Shown here: positions 13,601 to 26,936 of the stretch, piece after piece | Position numbering within the stretch: the stretch's first letter is position 1 | Layout of the letters: each line of letters begins with the position of its first letter | Origin: Enoplolaimus lenunculus | Taxonomy: Eukaryota | Length of the DNA stretch: 64,000 bases | Assembly (NCBI GenBank): GCA_030248215.1 | Contig: JASANG010001881.1 | Span: 434,001 to 498,000 of the forward strand | Direction: 5' to 3' | Position numbers and translations under genes: made by a program | The notes under the pieces: generated by a model | Databases searched by the model: none | The model's input: the letters and a program-made list of their open reading frames with translations, nothing else | What the model was told of the DNA's origin: nothing

Positions 13601-16374
13601 AATCAGACTCTTAAACAAACAAAACTTGATATGCTCAGTGAGTGGAACGGCGCTCAAAAGGACGGAGGTGGGTGGTTCGATGAAGGTATGAATGAAGTAC
13701 AAACACAAAGTTGCGTCTCTTTAATAAGGAAAGCACTACTTGTACAAATATCAACGATGCCTTTAAGGGTTTAAGCCCATCACACCAGTAAACGATCACT
13801 ATCATAGTATACTGCGTAGCAAAATCACTTATATTCGACAATACTTGTAAACAGTAACCAAATATTAATCAACTGGTGAACAAAATAACAGAACGATTTG
13901 TAAAATAACGAGCAAAGAGAAAATAATCAATTCTTTGGATCTCGTAACATATCAATATTAGGAAAGCCACAAGACTTGGAACGCATCTGCCCTGATCTGT
14001 CTGCATTTGTACCATTTTTAAAATGAGATGCATCGTACGTACATGTCCGGGTGCAAGCGGAATTCCGATTTCGATTCAAAACGAGTTCCGATTCCGATTG
14101 CACAATCGATGGGCATCGCAATTTTTACATTTTAATTTTAGGCCTATACGTACTTCTTGTGATATGTTGTATAAAAATTCTGCATCATTTATCTATCAAA
14201 CCGTTTTTAATGAGTGAACATATCAATAATTGATTATCGTTTAGGTCAATAGAACCAAAAGCGGTTGCCAATTTATTCGTACGACGTTTTTGAGTACTCT
14301 TGCCAGCCAAAAGGTACCCTAAATTAATATTACACATGTTAATACAAATTATCCATATAGTCATAACATTTGTAGTTCCGATTTTGATTACGATTCCAGT
14401 ATATATTTGCTGTTCCAATTCCGATTCCGCATAACCCAGTTCCGCTTGCTTTGCACCCCGGTACATGTCCTTTCATGTTAAGCCAACCGTAATTATGGAG
14501 GGGCTGAAAACCGAGACCACCAAACCGACACTAAAACGACTCGGTCTCGGTTATTTTCGAACCTAAACCAAGAGTGCTTTTTCGAAATTGTTGAAACCAA
14601 AATTACGTGAGGGTTTAAGCAACGTTAAATTTAGTCGCTGATTAGACAATCCGATAATTTGTGCTCTGTAATAAGCAGTTTTTCTTGGGCTCAGCCTTAG
14701 AAATGATAAATTGACAGTTTCCGTTGAAACCAAGGTAAGTATGCAACCCGAATTACAATTTACCGGAGCCGAAATTACCATAAAATCACCAGAACAGGAA
14801 AATGAATAATGCATGCTACCGAAAAATTTATTTTAATTACCTTTTTGCTGTATTAATTGGCGCAATAACCGTAGTTGAAGATAGGCATACATTCATTTGA
14901 TCTGCTGTATGTTAGATTTTCCTTATACACTGAAGCGAAATCTACCTTCGATGGTTTATTTACCGTGATTGTCAAGGTTTATACACTATACTAATTAAAT
15001 CTATTTCATTTTTATCGTTGCTAATTAAACAAGCGGTTTTACAAAAGAAATAACCAAAATTAATAATATAGGAACGTTTCATTCCGGCAAAAATTTACCA
15101 GAACCAGACGCTTAAAAATATGAAGAGGGAAAGACAATATATACATTTTCAAATTTAGTTCCTGATTTAGTTAGTTTTAAGTTTTCCCTTAGTTTGAAAC
15201 CAACTACGACTCAAAAAACGAGACCAAGACCAGCTGTATACCGAATTCGAACATCCCTTGACTCGAGCTATGATGAAAACATTTGAACAAACCAATCAAA
15301 TCCAACAACTCAGTCTCGACCACCGGAGCGAAACATCCGAAAATCTGTCAAAACACTTTCTTGAAAACACGCGAAAATACGCCTCAAAACAATATATGTG
15401 TAACATAAATACATGACGTCCAATTCAAGCACGCATATATACATATACCTACAACTATTACGTAGCTTACGAAGACATAATACATCGCACAAACAGCAAA
15501 TATTTGTCTTTATAAACTTACGTTCACAGAATGATATATAAACGAGTAAACTTTGAAAACTACACCTTGCCATAAGTATCACTAGAACAAGAACTCAAGC
15601 CAACAATATTTTGTCGACATAAATATTGCTCAATGCTCGCTAATTGACAACTTACCTACACAAATAAAGCAAAATGCACTTGAAAATAGCCGTTCTCTCA
15701 ATCCTGAAGTCGTAAAACACTATATGCAGCAGGATGGACATTAGCAGAAAAAAGCGTAAGTATATACTGAAACGAAAGGCCAAATTTGGTGCTAGGTACG
15801 TTAGTAAGTTAAAGGCAGTCAAAAAATGGCGTATTCCAGATACCTACATACGTACAGCTAAAACCAATTATATAGCTACGGAATTAATACCGTGGTTTCA
15901 ACAGTGCGACGTGTACAGCATCAAATAACGTACGTACATAGCAGCAAGGTGTAAACGGATAGCAAAAAATATACCGGAAACGGATATTGATCAATATAAC
16001 GGAAACGGAAAAGATACATAGAAGTATTTCAGGTATTTTGGAAGAACTTGATGATGAAATATGCCACTTTTTGGCTAGTTTTCTAAAAAGTAGAATGGTA
16101 AGGGTTGCGCTATACTAGCTGCGAGCCGCCGGACGCCGCCGCGCACCAACGCAGGCCAGCATGCAGGACGGTAATTATTTTGCCGCACACCGCAGCGCCG
16201 CGGCGTCTGGGTCCGGTAAAACTTAGTTCCTGTTAGAACCCTATTGCCTACGAGGGCATAAAGAGATATAGTAGATAGTTGAAAATGCAACTTGATTAAT
16301 AAAGAGTTCCTGAAGAAAACGGCCTGGTCGAAACGACATATATAGTCAATGATAAGTTCAATTCAAACATGATA

Positions 16375-18260
16375 ACACGCAGCGAACCCGGTATTTATTC
16401 GATAGTAGGTTTGACAGTCAAGGGACAACCTTATTGAAAATTGGGCATGTCAGCCATGCAACAAGAGAAATAGTTGCAGAAAACACAAAATGCACAATGA
16501 GATATTTCAGAAGAAGGTGAACCGACTGATAAGTTACAAATCGACCACCTAGTTCTGTTTAATGTGGATGAAAGAATGTAAAACATGCTTGTCCTGGTGC
16601 ATATGTAATATATGCAATGCAAATTGCGTTGTATGCTAGTCCGCAACATACGTGTCGTACAGTCGACACAAAAGCAGTTGGAGGCGGGCTGCGTGGCGTA
16701 GTGGTAGAATGTCTGCCTAAAGATCTACAGGTTGCTAGTTCGACACCACCCGTAACCCACTTTTCCTGCTGCTTTATACGTGTCGTACAGTCGACACAAA
16801 AGCAGTTGGAGGCGGGCTGCGTGGCGTAGTGGTAGAATGTCTGCCTAAAGATCTGCAGGTTGCTAGTTCGACACCACCCGTAACCCACTTTTCCTGCTGC
16901 TTTATGAACATGGTATCCAGTCCAAAATATAATGGACGGTAGGGCATGTAAGCACGTGAGACGTGCTTGTCCGTTTATGTGCACATGCAACATGGTGCAC
17001 TGCACTGTATGTATGCTAGCTGGCAGCATACGGTCGACACATATAGTCGACGATAGAAACAGTTGGATAGGCGGGCTGAGTGGCACAGTGGTAGAATATT
17101 CGTTAAAAGATCCGTAGGCTGAGAGTTCGATCCCCGCTCCGGAGGCTCGCTTTTCCAGCTGCTTAGTTTAAGGTCTGATGTGCCGGTTCCAACCTAGACT
17201 CACACGCTTGCCTCGGAATCCTAAGGCCCCGGTTACGTGGTGCAGTGGTAACAGCGTCTGTCTGACACGCAGAAGGCCACTAGTTCGAAACCACCCGCAA
17301 CCCGCTTTCCCAGCTGCTTAGTTAAAGGTCTGATGTTCCTCAGTTCCAACCTAGACTGACAGGAAAAAAGTCAAAAGGTTACTACTAAATTCTCAACATG
17401 CTTGGGTATTTTTTACTTAAGAAAGACATGTTAGGATTGTCAGTCTAGATAGGAACCAGGACTTCAGACCTTTAGCTAAGCAGCTGGAAAAGCGGGCTAG
17501 AGCGGGGATCGAACTCTCAGCCTATGGATCCTTAAGTGAGCACTCTACCACTGCGCCAAGCAGCCCGCGAGTCCAACTGCATTTTTCGTCGACTATATTT
17601 GTCGACCGTATGCTGCTAGCTAGCATACATACAGTGCACTGCACTGTATTGCATGTGCACATAACGGACAAGCATGTCCCACATGCTTACATGCCCTTAT
17701 TTTCAACAAGGTCGTCCCTTGACCGTCCATCCTATTTTCGACTGGATACCGTGTTCATAGCGCGGCAGTTTGACATTGCGCTCACGTCGTTGCCCCCATG
17801 CCAGTCAAGGTAGGAACCGGGACATCAGACCTTTTTAGTAAGCAGTTGGAAAAGCGGGCTAGAGCGGGGATCGAACTCTCAGCCTATGGATCCTTAAGCG
17901 AGCACTCTACCACTGCGCCACGCAGCCCGCCTGTCCAACTGCATTTTTCATCGATTATATTTGTCGACCGTATGCTGCTAGCTCGCATACATACAGTGCA
18001 CTGCACTGTTTTGCATGTGCACATAACGGAAAAGCATGTCTCACATGCTTACAAGGATTTCAGATGACTTACAAGCACGGCTAAAACTTTTAAAGTAAAA
18101 GTTGAAATTTTTCTATATTTGGCTAACTGACATGAAAACTACGCAATGAGCGCAATGGTAAACTGCCGTGCTATGAACACGCTACCAAGACGAAAAAAGT
18201 GGACGGTCAAGGGGCGACCTTGTTGAAAATAAAGGCATGTAAGCATGTGACATGCTTGTC
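16375..18260. repeat. Cluster of tRNA-derived repeats in direct and inverted orientation
   Basis: A-box TGGCGTAGTGG and B-box GTTCGA modules at ~16685, 16813, 17071, 17231 (+) and ~17490-17570, 17850-17930 (-); 128-bp tandem duplication 16648-16903; dispersed copies at ~12300-12570 and ~61340-61625. Confidence 0.8.
17231..17303 (+). pseudogene. tRNA-Val-like pseudogene / SINE-type head (anticodon GAC)
   Basis: Acceptor GGTTACG/CGCAACC; anticodon arm TCTGT-CTGACAC-GCAGA; the T-stem does not pair, so it is unlikely to be a functional tRNA. Confidence 0.6.
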
Positions 18261-20190
18261 TGGAAGTTTAACAACATGGAAAATAGCTTTCTATCTGCAA
18301 ATATATGGTTTTCGCCAGATTTAATTCGAAATAGCCGAAAATCAACAGCTAAATGAAATAACATCTCTGCAATCAGCCAATGTCTCCGACACTAAATTAA
18401 CTAGCTATATAATTGAAACTTAAAATAGCAAATTTTCCAATTGGCATCTGTGTATACTTCGAGACCCTCACCTCAATATATTTAAAACAATTATAGCGCG
18501 AAATCGAAACGTTTAGTAAATGGCAAAACGTCAATTTAATTTGCATGAGTAATAAACTATATGTCTTATCAACATTATTTTTAACCTGTTATACAATGAC
18601 AAACAATATAAATTTCGTATGGGTTTTAACTAAAGCCAATGCTATTACATTTTTAAATTGAAAGCTGGCTTGCTTTCATCTTTGTGTTGTACGACACATG
18701 CGCTAAAGGTGAATATTATTTGTTTGTATATTAATATGAGAAACTTAATAATAATGCCATTGCAGGTTTAACTTAAAAACCACGCTGCAAGCGCATCTTC
18801 AATAAAGTCAGGTGCATCGGATATCTGTTTTCGTGTTCGGTAAAAATCGGTGTCCGTGTTCGTTTCCTACCTCTAATACAAGTACCGCAAATTTTGCTAT
18901 TTTGTATGCTATTTGTTGAAAACACGAAAACGAATTTGTTTAGATTTCAGGCTCATGTATTAAGGATCAGGAGTGAAACGTTTTTCTGTCGGACTGGAAT
19001 AGAGTATTAAGCTTAAGCTTTAGAGTAATTTTTTTGCTTGATTTAGGCTTAGGCTTAGGCTTAGGAATATCTTAATGTTAGGCCTCTGTTCTTTACATTA
19101 TCCAGATTTCGTAACTTTTACGGAAGGCCGAAAACATTCGCCATTGAAATTTTATACCAGAATTTTCCGTAAAATATCTATGTAGTCGGAGCCGGAGGAT
19201 TATTTGCTGAAGCTTTAAACAGACTTCCGGTTATGCCCTGTTGTTTTTGTGCATGATTTCATAGTTGATTGCTGTAAAAATTCTTGTTGCCAAAAAATTT
19301 ATTTTTAACGCTATTTTATCGCTTTTTACAATGTACATATATCATTTAGGATGTAAAAGTCCTGAAACAAATGCAGCAAACTGGAAATGTATGATCAATT
19401 ATAAACTATGACACAAATTGAAAATTTTGTCAATATACGCTAAGACAATTTTAGAAAAATAAGTTAGAACAATATGTCAATTTTTCTTAAATTCTCGAAT
19501 GAGAAATATTTTCAATACCGAAAATGCCAGGAAATTCCGTTGAAAATAATCACTAAAAGTTACATTGGCCATTTTTATCCCATGACTTCAGCTTGTTTTA
19601 AAAATCGAAATTTAACTACAAAATTTGTTGCAAAACGTGGAATCATTTGAAATCTTTCTAAAAACAACAGCTTGTCAGTCGACACTCAGCTTATAATAAA
19701 ACATGGCAAAATATTTTACCCCATCTCTGGTTCCGGCGGAACATATCTTATAGATGATATGATATGTCTATACGACACAGCTTAAAGGTATAGATTGCTT
19801 GCAGTTGCACTTCGACATGAGCCTATGCTTGAAGACAAAACAACGTGCAATGTTTGTTAATCATACAGACAGCATAAGTAGTTTATTAATGATATGATAA
19901 TAAGTTTGGCAGCAAACATAATTGCACAATGCAAAATTTAAAAGCAATAATATGCACAATTGCACACTCAAAATAATATTACTTGTATTTAAGAAAAACA
20001 TTAAGTTTTCAAAAAAGTTTTGAAATAAAGTCTCAAAAAAGCGTTTTTCTGTTATTTTTAGAAAATTGCCTTAAATATCACAAAATCTTTTCAGATTTGG
20101 CACTGAAAATACTTTTCTAAATAAATTCAAAAATACTTTTTTGTGTGCACACACATCTGAATTACGCAACGCGCATCAATTAACAATTAA

Positions 20191-20454
20191 CCTTTCTCAC
20201 ATGAATATTTTCTATTTCCCCTGAGACCTATTTTTATGCTAGGATTCGAACTCCAGTGACTGGAACGGGAGGCGTATACCATCACCACTCAACTATAGGA
20301 GCTTGACACTCGAGCCCGAAGGGGCTCTCACGTCTTGTGGTGATTTAGTACAATGTATACGTGTTGCAATTGTTAAACACGGTGCGATATATATACTATT
20401 TAACGTATATACACTGCGCTGAGTTGCCTACAGGCAACTCAATGTGAGAAGGGG
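20191..20454 (-). mobile_element. piggyBac-like MITE (copy of 7282-7543); degenerate third copy at ~20500-20632
   Basis: TTAA flanks; reverse-complement similarity to 7282-7543. Confidence 0.8.
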
Positions 20455-22969
20455 TTAAAATTAACGCAGTGCAAAATCTACAAAAGACGCGAGAACCACC
20501 TCGAGCTCGAGTGTCAAACTCCTATTGCTATAGCTGACTGGTTTTGGTAAACGCCCTCCTACCGTAAGACTGCGATTCGACTCTTGACTTCAAATCTGGT
20601 TTCTGATATGAAATATTCATATGAGAAAGGTTCACTGAAAAATTTTCATTCGAATCGTAAATACTGTCTTGGTTCGAGAATTGTTTAATAAACGAATAGT
20701 ATATATTAGTTTACAGACAAGCTTGGCATTAACGGGTTTCAAGCCCATTGCATGCACAGGTACTAAATCTAGCGAATACAAGCTAAAAGTTCGTTTCTAT
20801 AACATTTTAATAGCATCAATTACTACGGCGAAACGTCTAATTCATGGTAAAGTTCTTGAAGTCAGATCACTCCAACATTTAAACCATATCCACACGTGCA
20901 AGTTTTTGCTACGCGAACTTGAAGCTGCAAATTGCACACAGAACTTGCATTTTTTCAGCAGCCAATGACAAAGCGGGCGCAGTAATTTCAGTGAACTTGC
21001 ATGGTTATTCAAACATGTGAACTAAAACTTCTAGCTATGATTTTTAATGAATTATTTGCGGCTGCAAGTTTTTCGAACGGAATTTTCGACAAAACTAGCA
21101 AGTGCAAGTTGCAGCTGCAAGTTTTCGCAGTACAAACTTTCATGTGTGAATAGAGCTTTATTGGCAAGGGTTACAACCGCATGTCAACCCTCGTTTATTT
21201 TGCGGGCTTTGACACCTGTTTGTCGGATTAATATACCGGGGCTAATTTGCCAGGATAATGGATGTATTCCATTACCTCCCACGCCAGTCCATTTTGATAG
21301 TTTCCAACCTACTTAAATGCCCGGATTTCGGTGCGACAGTCACATTTTCTTTGATCTTTACCATCAACTGGTTTATATCATAAATCCCTGTATTCGTCGC
21401 AGTCCAATTGCGAGAAGCCGAGTAAAATAAGCGAAGGTTCATGGTGATTGGTGGTTTTTTACGATACAAAGTGTCTGTTTCTGGTTTGCCATACACTACG
21501 CAATATTCCCGGAGTCCAGCTTAGACAGGGTTAAAATTGTAGTACTCCTGTAATGCTGTAACGAGTGCGCAGTGAATATATTAGCCATAGCAGAAGGTGT
21601 TGTTTGCATGTGAATAAAACTAAAAAATAAATATATTTTGTTTTTCACTGAAAAATATTAAATGTCAAAATGTCACATTGAGATTGGAAACACGGCTGTT
21701 GTATTCGCTTTATTTACTTACGCTTATAGGCTCAGAATTAGGTTTAAGCTTAGCTGTTGGAAAATTTGTCCGTAATCCTAAGTCTGAACGTTTGCTTACG
21801 ACTTTTCCTAAACCTAAGCCTGAATGTAAGTCTTGACTTGTGGGAGAAAGTGTACAAGATACACTTTAAATTTGAGTGAGTCGATTTTACCTCAGAATCA
21901 GTTGAATCCACTAAGCGGTCTGACCTCTGAATTAGGCTTTTCAGAAACCAGGATTTTGAATTGATTGAACTCATTCTGAATTAATTAAGCAACTTATCCA
22001 GAATTAAATCAACTCAGAATGTCGAAAAGCGAGATTTTTCAACATTGAGTTCAATAATTCTATATACCGAGCATTTTGCTTTATTATAGCGGTTGAATTG
22101 GTTCTCTAAACTGCTGACCGTCTTCGAAAGGTCCAACTCAACGGAACCCGATGGCGTAAACAGCGTTGAGTATCTTTACAACTCCTGATTGGTCAGATTC
22201 TAACACATATTTGGCAGGGTTCGACCGGACGTGAAAAATGCCGGTGCCGGCGCCGGAGGTCAACGAAACTTGACGGAGCCGGAGGCCGATTTTCTGATGG
22301 AGCCGGAGGCAGACCTCCAGTTGTACCGTAATATTTGGAATGAAAAGTGAAAAACGTTCGTCAACGTCGAGCCAAACGCAATTTTTAGTGCTAAATCATA
22401 ATACAAACGTTTTGGGTTTGATCCGTGGTATTGGGCGATTAGGCCTATGAATGACCGCGCGTTGGATCAGCCAATGGCTTGGCCTTGATATATAATGGAG
22501 CCACAGTTTTGAGTTTGGAATTATGAAGCTTTATTATAAGCTACATTAAGTGCCAAAACGTACATTGTCAGCAAACTGTCTTTCAATGCTATAGCCACAA
22601 ATCTACCGTAGCGAATAACCGGGGCAACAGGTCTTTGTGTTGCGGTGCCCTTCGAAACATTTTTCATTCATAAAATCGTCACCTGATCCGTTGGTTTGAG
22701 TTACAATCAATCCATAAATGACGAAATTCTACTCGAGGAATACTGACCAAAGTTCTTAATTTTTAAGCGTACCAACTCAATTCAACGAAATCCCAGTCCA
22801 CCACAGTTTGAACGCGACAATCACCTCACAAGCGTTACGTTGTGCAAGCATATGTTTGGTCCATAACCAAAGTTCAAATTTGACTAAAATTTTAAAAATT
22901 TCAAGTTTATAAATCAGGTTAATATTGCAGTGTAAACAGTTTATTTCAGCGTCACCGTTTCCGAGCAGA

Positions 22970-23728
22970 CTAATAGCGTCGACTTGCGCCGTAGTAACTG
23001 CCATAATTTCCGCTGATTCCGCTTGCCGGCGACGAATAATGACTGTATCGCGATCGCCAACCGGACAATGAGGCGCCTGGCGAGACGGTTGAGTCGCGAT
23101 GTCTGGACGTCGACGAACCAGACAGGAAATATTTTGACAAATTTCCCACGGTCATGTATCGTTTTGAATAGAGACCGATCGCGTCGTCGACACCCATCGT
23201 ACCGACGTAGTCGCGAACTGGTGCTCGTGGACGCTCGATCGCTGCCGGCGACGCGTACGGCGATCGATACAACGGGACATTGTGTCGGCTCAGCGTCGCG
23301 TCGACACGATGTCGATATGACGGCCCACTGTATCCGCGTGTCAAATACGTTTCGCCGCGATTTGAGCTATAATGCGAACGCGAATAGCCAGGAAGCGACG
23401 AAATGAATTTGACCGCGGATGAATCAGCCAAATAACCGTGGCTATGGCGGACGTGTGGGTAAGTTTCGCTAAAATACGGGGTCGATGAATAAGGGGTACG
23501 TTGATGATGAGGTCCTGGACGAGATACGCGAACACTCGAAAAAACTTGACTGGTCGAACGGCCGAGAGGGAAGATTGACGCGATCGATGACGAGCGGCTA
23601 AGACCGCCGGCACCGGACCGGCTCGAGTACCGACCGCCGCCGCCGGTTGCCGCAACCATGGCGTTGAGCGCTGATACACTTGAAGTTCGTGGGATCGAGA
23701 TTTGGCTGTAACTGCGGTACATTGCCAT
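22970..23728 (-). CDS. Ser/Arg/Tyr/Gly-rich uncharacterised protein (252 aa), single coding exon
   Basis: GC-rich open frame in AT-rich context; splice acceptor TTTTATAG ending at 23742 just before AAAATGG (ATG 23728); less repetitive C-terminal block DDAIGLYSKRYMTVGNLSKYFLS. Confidence 0.8.
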   Translation of the reverse strand: MAMYRSYSQISIPRTSSVSALNAMVAATGGGGRYSSRSGAGGLSRSSSIASIFPLGRSTSQVFSSVRVSRPGPHHQRTPYSSTPYFSETYPHVRHSHGYLADSSAVKFISSLPGYSRSHYSSNRGETYLTRGYSGPSYRHRVDATLSRHNVPLYRSPYASPAAIERPRAPVRDYVGTMGVDDAIGLYSKRYMTVGNLSKYFLSGSSTSRHRDSTVSPGASLSGWRSRYSHYSSPASGISGNYGSYYGASRRY

Positions 23729-23887
23729 TTTAATTGCTGGTCTATAAAATACAATTTTTAGCGTTGATTGATTTTCGCCAAAAACAAACATATATGTGTC
23801 ACCCCGCATTTGTCGTTTGACAACTGTAAGCCTAATCGTAAAAGCCTTAGGCTTAAGCCTAAATCAATGCTAAATGCAGATCTTGGA

Positions 23888-24087
23888 GGCCCATGTAAAG
23901 ATCAGGAGCGGAAAGTTTTTCTGTGGGACTAGAAAAGAGTATGCTTAAGCTTTAGACTAATTTTTTGTTTGGCTTAGGTTTAGGCTTAGGCTCTGGAATA
24001 TGCTCATTCTTACGCTTTGGCTTAAGCTTAGGCTTAGGCTTAGGAATACGCTTATAATACTGTTTCGCCCTGTTCTTTACATTGGCC
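23888..24087 (+). mobile_element. MITE carrying TTAGGC telomere-type repeats
   Basis: TIRs GGCCCATGTAAAGATCAGG / CCTGTTCTTTACATTGGCC. Copies at ~18950-19099, 24400-24598 (inverted), 25871-26071, 53029-54253 (interrupted) and ~56345-56529 (inverted); variant at 54392-54574. Confidence 0.8.
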
Positions 24088-26533
24088 ATCTTAAGCAACA
24101 AATTGTAAAGTCAGCGACATTCCAGAATAAAAATTATCGCTCGACGAGTTGTCAGGTGACAAATTGTCTTGACAAATATTTTCATATAACGTGGCCTGAA
24201 CGCCTATTTCTTCTATTTATCATACGTTTAACCCGTTTTGTGCAGTCAGAACAGCGGTTCAAAACGCAAACTGAATCTTATTGAAAGATGTAGAAATAAG
24301 GTTTTGCAATATTATTTATAATTTGAATGTTGTTTAGGCAAAAACAATTAATTATCGGAACAGCCCAGTTATATCGCATTGACCAAATATAGGCGTTCAG
24401 ACCAATGAAAGAACGCAGGCGGATCAGTATTAAAAGCATATTGCTAAGCCTAAGCGTAAGCCAAACCTAAGCATAAGAATGAACATATTCCTAAGTCTAA
24501 GCCTAAGCCTAAGCCAAGCAAAAAACAGTCTAAAGCTTAAGCTTACTCTTTTTTAGACCCACAGAAAAATGTTCCGCCCCTGATCTTTTACATGGGCCCC
24601 GAGCATCAGCCATTTTATACATCGCACGATTTCACTTCCTACATTCGCCACCGGCCATTCCTTTCATACTCCGAAAACTTACCGTAATCGCCTTCTAATC
24701 AGTGCTCAATGCAGTAAAGTCAAGCGGAAAACAATAATTATGTATCGTTCAAAAACGTTTAGCATAATTTTGATGCTTAATTCCACAGGCAGATAATTTT
24801 AGTTTTTTTTTTGACAAAAAATATTGCAAACTGCAAAATGGCAAAACCTAAGCCGTTACCCAGGGAAGTTGTACACCGAAAACTCTCAAGAACCAACAAC
24901 AATCGGCTGAACCGGGGTTTTTTGGCGCAGGTGAGCCCTTTGGGTAAAACTGACTATTGCTACTTGTTACTACTCCCTCAAACCTTTACGGAGATACGAA
25001 ACTCACACAAAACAGATTATTCTGTAATTCGTGAGCGAAAAGCAAAATGTTTAAAAATATTGCACTGCTGAGTGCGTTGTTCAGCTTTATTTTTTGTATT
25101 TAAAATGTAAATTTAAAATAAATATGCAAAAACAATTCTATACAATTTGAGCATATATCAACGGTAAAATATTACAAATCACAAAATATTTTTTTACTCA
25201 ACAGGCTGAGTAATAAGCGTGGTACAGAACCAAATCGCCCAAGGGGCCCCAGAAATCTATGCTAAATTGTATCTGAGTGCAAAAACTTCGCTCTATTGTA
25301 GAATGTGTACGTATAAAAGTGTTGCATTTTATTTTACAGCGGAAATTTTACAAACGGGTGCCTTAATGGTGAAATCAGGGCACCGCGAGCGTAACTCAAA
25401 GACGCAGTGGATGGCTTGAATATCACAGCATATTTTGGTTGCGTAACTTTTTGCATTTTACAGTTTATGTCGGCTTTATGCACAACTTAACAACCAGAAT
25501 AAGGCCGTATGCTACGAATGAATAAAGAGTGCATATTTCAATTGAAATTTATGAATTCAACCAAAGATTATTTTTGAAGGACTTTAGAATAAACCTGATG
25601 GATCCTTTAGTTGAAACCGTGTCCTTAAGGACTCAAACAACCTGGAGTTATACCCATTCGGATGAAATGCTAAGTTTGACTGCGTATGGTTTAAAATACA
25701 AAAGCATCAAAAATAAAAACAAAACTACAAATATTAAAGTTTCCAACTGCAAGCATTGGGCCAATGACTGGGTAAATGTGGGCTCAAAAGGTAGCGAGGT
25801 ATGTTGTGTATTAAAACTTGCTGCGTAATAACGCCGGTTTAAGGTAACAAAACACCAATGTGGGCAAATTGGACCTACGTAAAGATCAAAGGCGGAACGT
25901 TTTTCTGTGGACTGCAATAAAGTAAACTTAAGTTTTAGACTAATTTTATGCTTCTCTTATGCTTAGGCTTAGGCTTAGGTTTAGGAATATGCTCATTCTT
26001 ACGCTTAGACTTAGGCTTAGGCTTAGAAATATGCTTATAATACTGTTCCGTCCCTGTTGTTTACATTGGCCGAAAATTGAAACGTTCACAATATACACAG
26101 ACGGATTCCAGACACATAATTTGCCATAGAAATCGACTTCAAAATTGGTGACTAAAGCTCAATCAAAACTGCTATTTAACAACATCAGATACATCCGAGA
26201 CGTAAACTTAAACGCTGCTGCCCCCCTCAAGAACTTACCGATACCGTCGATTGTATTTAAACTGAACCAATCGCGGTGTTGCCTGCCAACGGCGTGATTT
26301 TGATTTGACAAAAGTCATTCTTATTTAAAACGTATCAGCTATTAAAGTTTAATTCGTTTTGTAAGCTTTTGATACGAATAAATTACATTTACGGCACTTA
26401 AAATAATAAAAATTAAAAATAATTTTAAACTGAATCTTAAACCTGGGTTATAGCGACGATCGTTCGAACGTGGCATTTGTTAAGACGCAAAAACTGACCG
26501 AGTGACAACTGCCCAAGCGAGATTGGTCCAAAT

Positions 26534-26732
26534 CAGGGTGTAACCGGATATCCGTTTTCGTTTCCGTTTCCAGTACAATTCGATGTTGAATATTTGCATG
26601 TCTCGATTGTATTGGCAGAAATATAAAAAATCCTTGAAAGTTTTATTACTTCAATATCCGTTTGGCGTTTCCGTTATTTGGGTAATTGTTTGTTTCCGTT
26701 TCCGTTATTGTTTACTATCCGTTTACACCCTG
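26534..26732. mobile_element. hAT-like MITE
   Basis: TIRs CAGGGTGTAACCGGAT / ATCCGTTTACACCCTG and an exact 8-bp TSD GTCCAAAT. Related ends at 310-324, 8775-9107, ~9250-9645 and ~55085-55158. Confidence 0.85.
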
Positions 26733-26936
26733 GTCCAAATGTGACAACTGCTCCAAAGAGGTATTTGTCAAACGAAAAATTGCCCTGCTTTTGGTAACTC
26801 GAACCTAAAATTTGTAATACAGGCAGACCTACGTTTAAGGTTTTGGCCCATGTTACGTAAAGGCCGTCCCATTGTCACGGGACAGCAACATACCAGGAGA
26901 TATGCACTCCTGTTTATATATGCACAGCCAATTATA

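Noticed and set aside
16685..17930. Functional tRNA gene cluster
   Set aside because: T-stems and other arms do not pair properly and the modules are embedded in a dispersed repeat.
22970..23809. 279-aa version of the Ser/Arg/Tyr-rich ORF, and the overlapping 127-aa and 137-aa ORFs
   Set aside because: The first 27 codons span an AT-rich splice acceptor; the overlapping frames are shadows of the GC-rich CDS.
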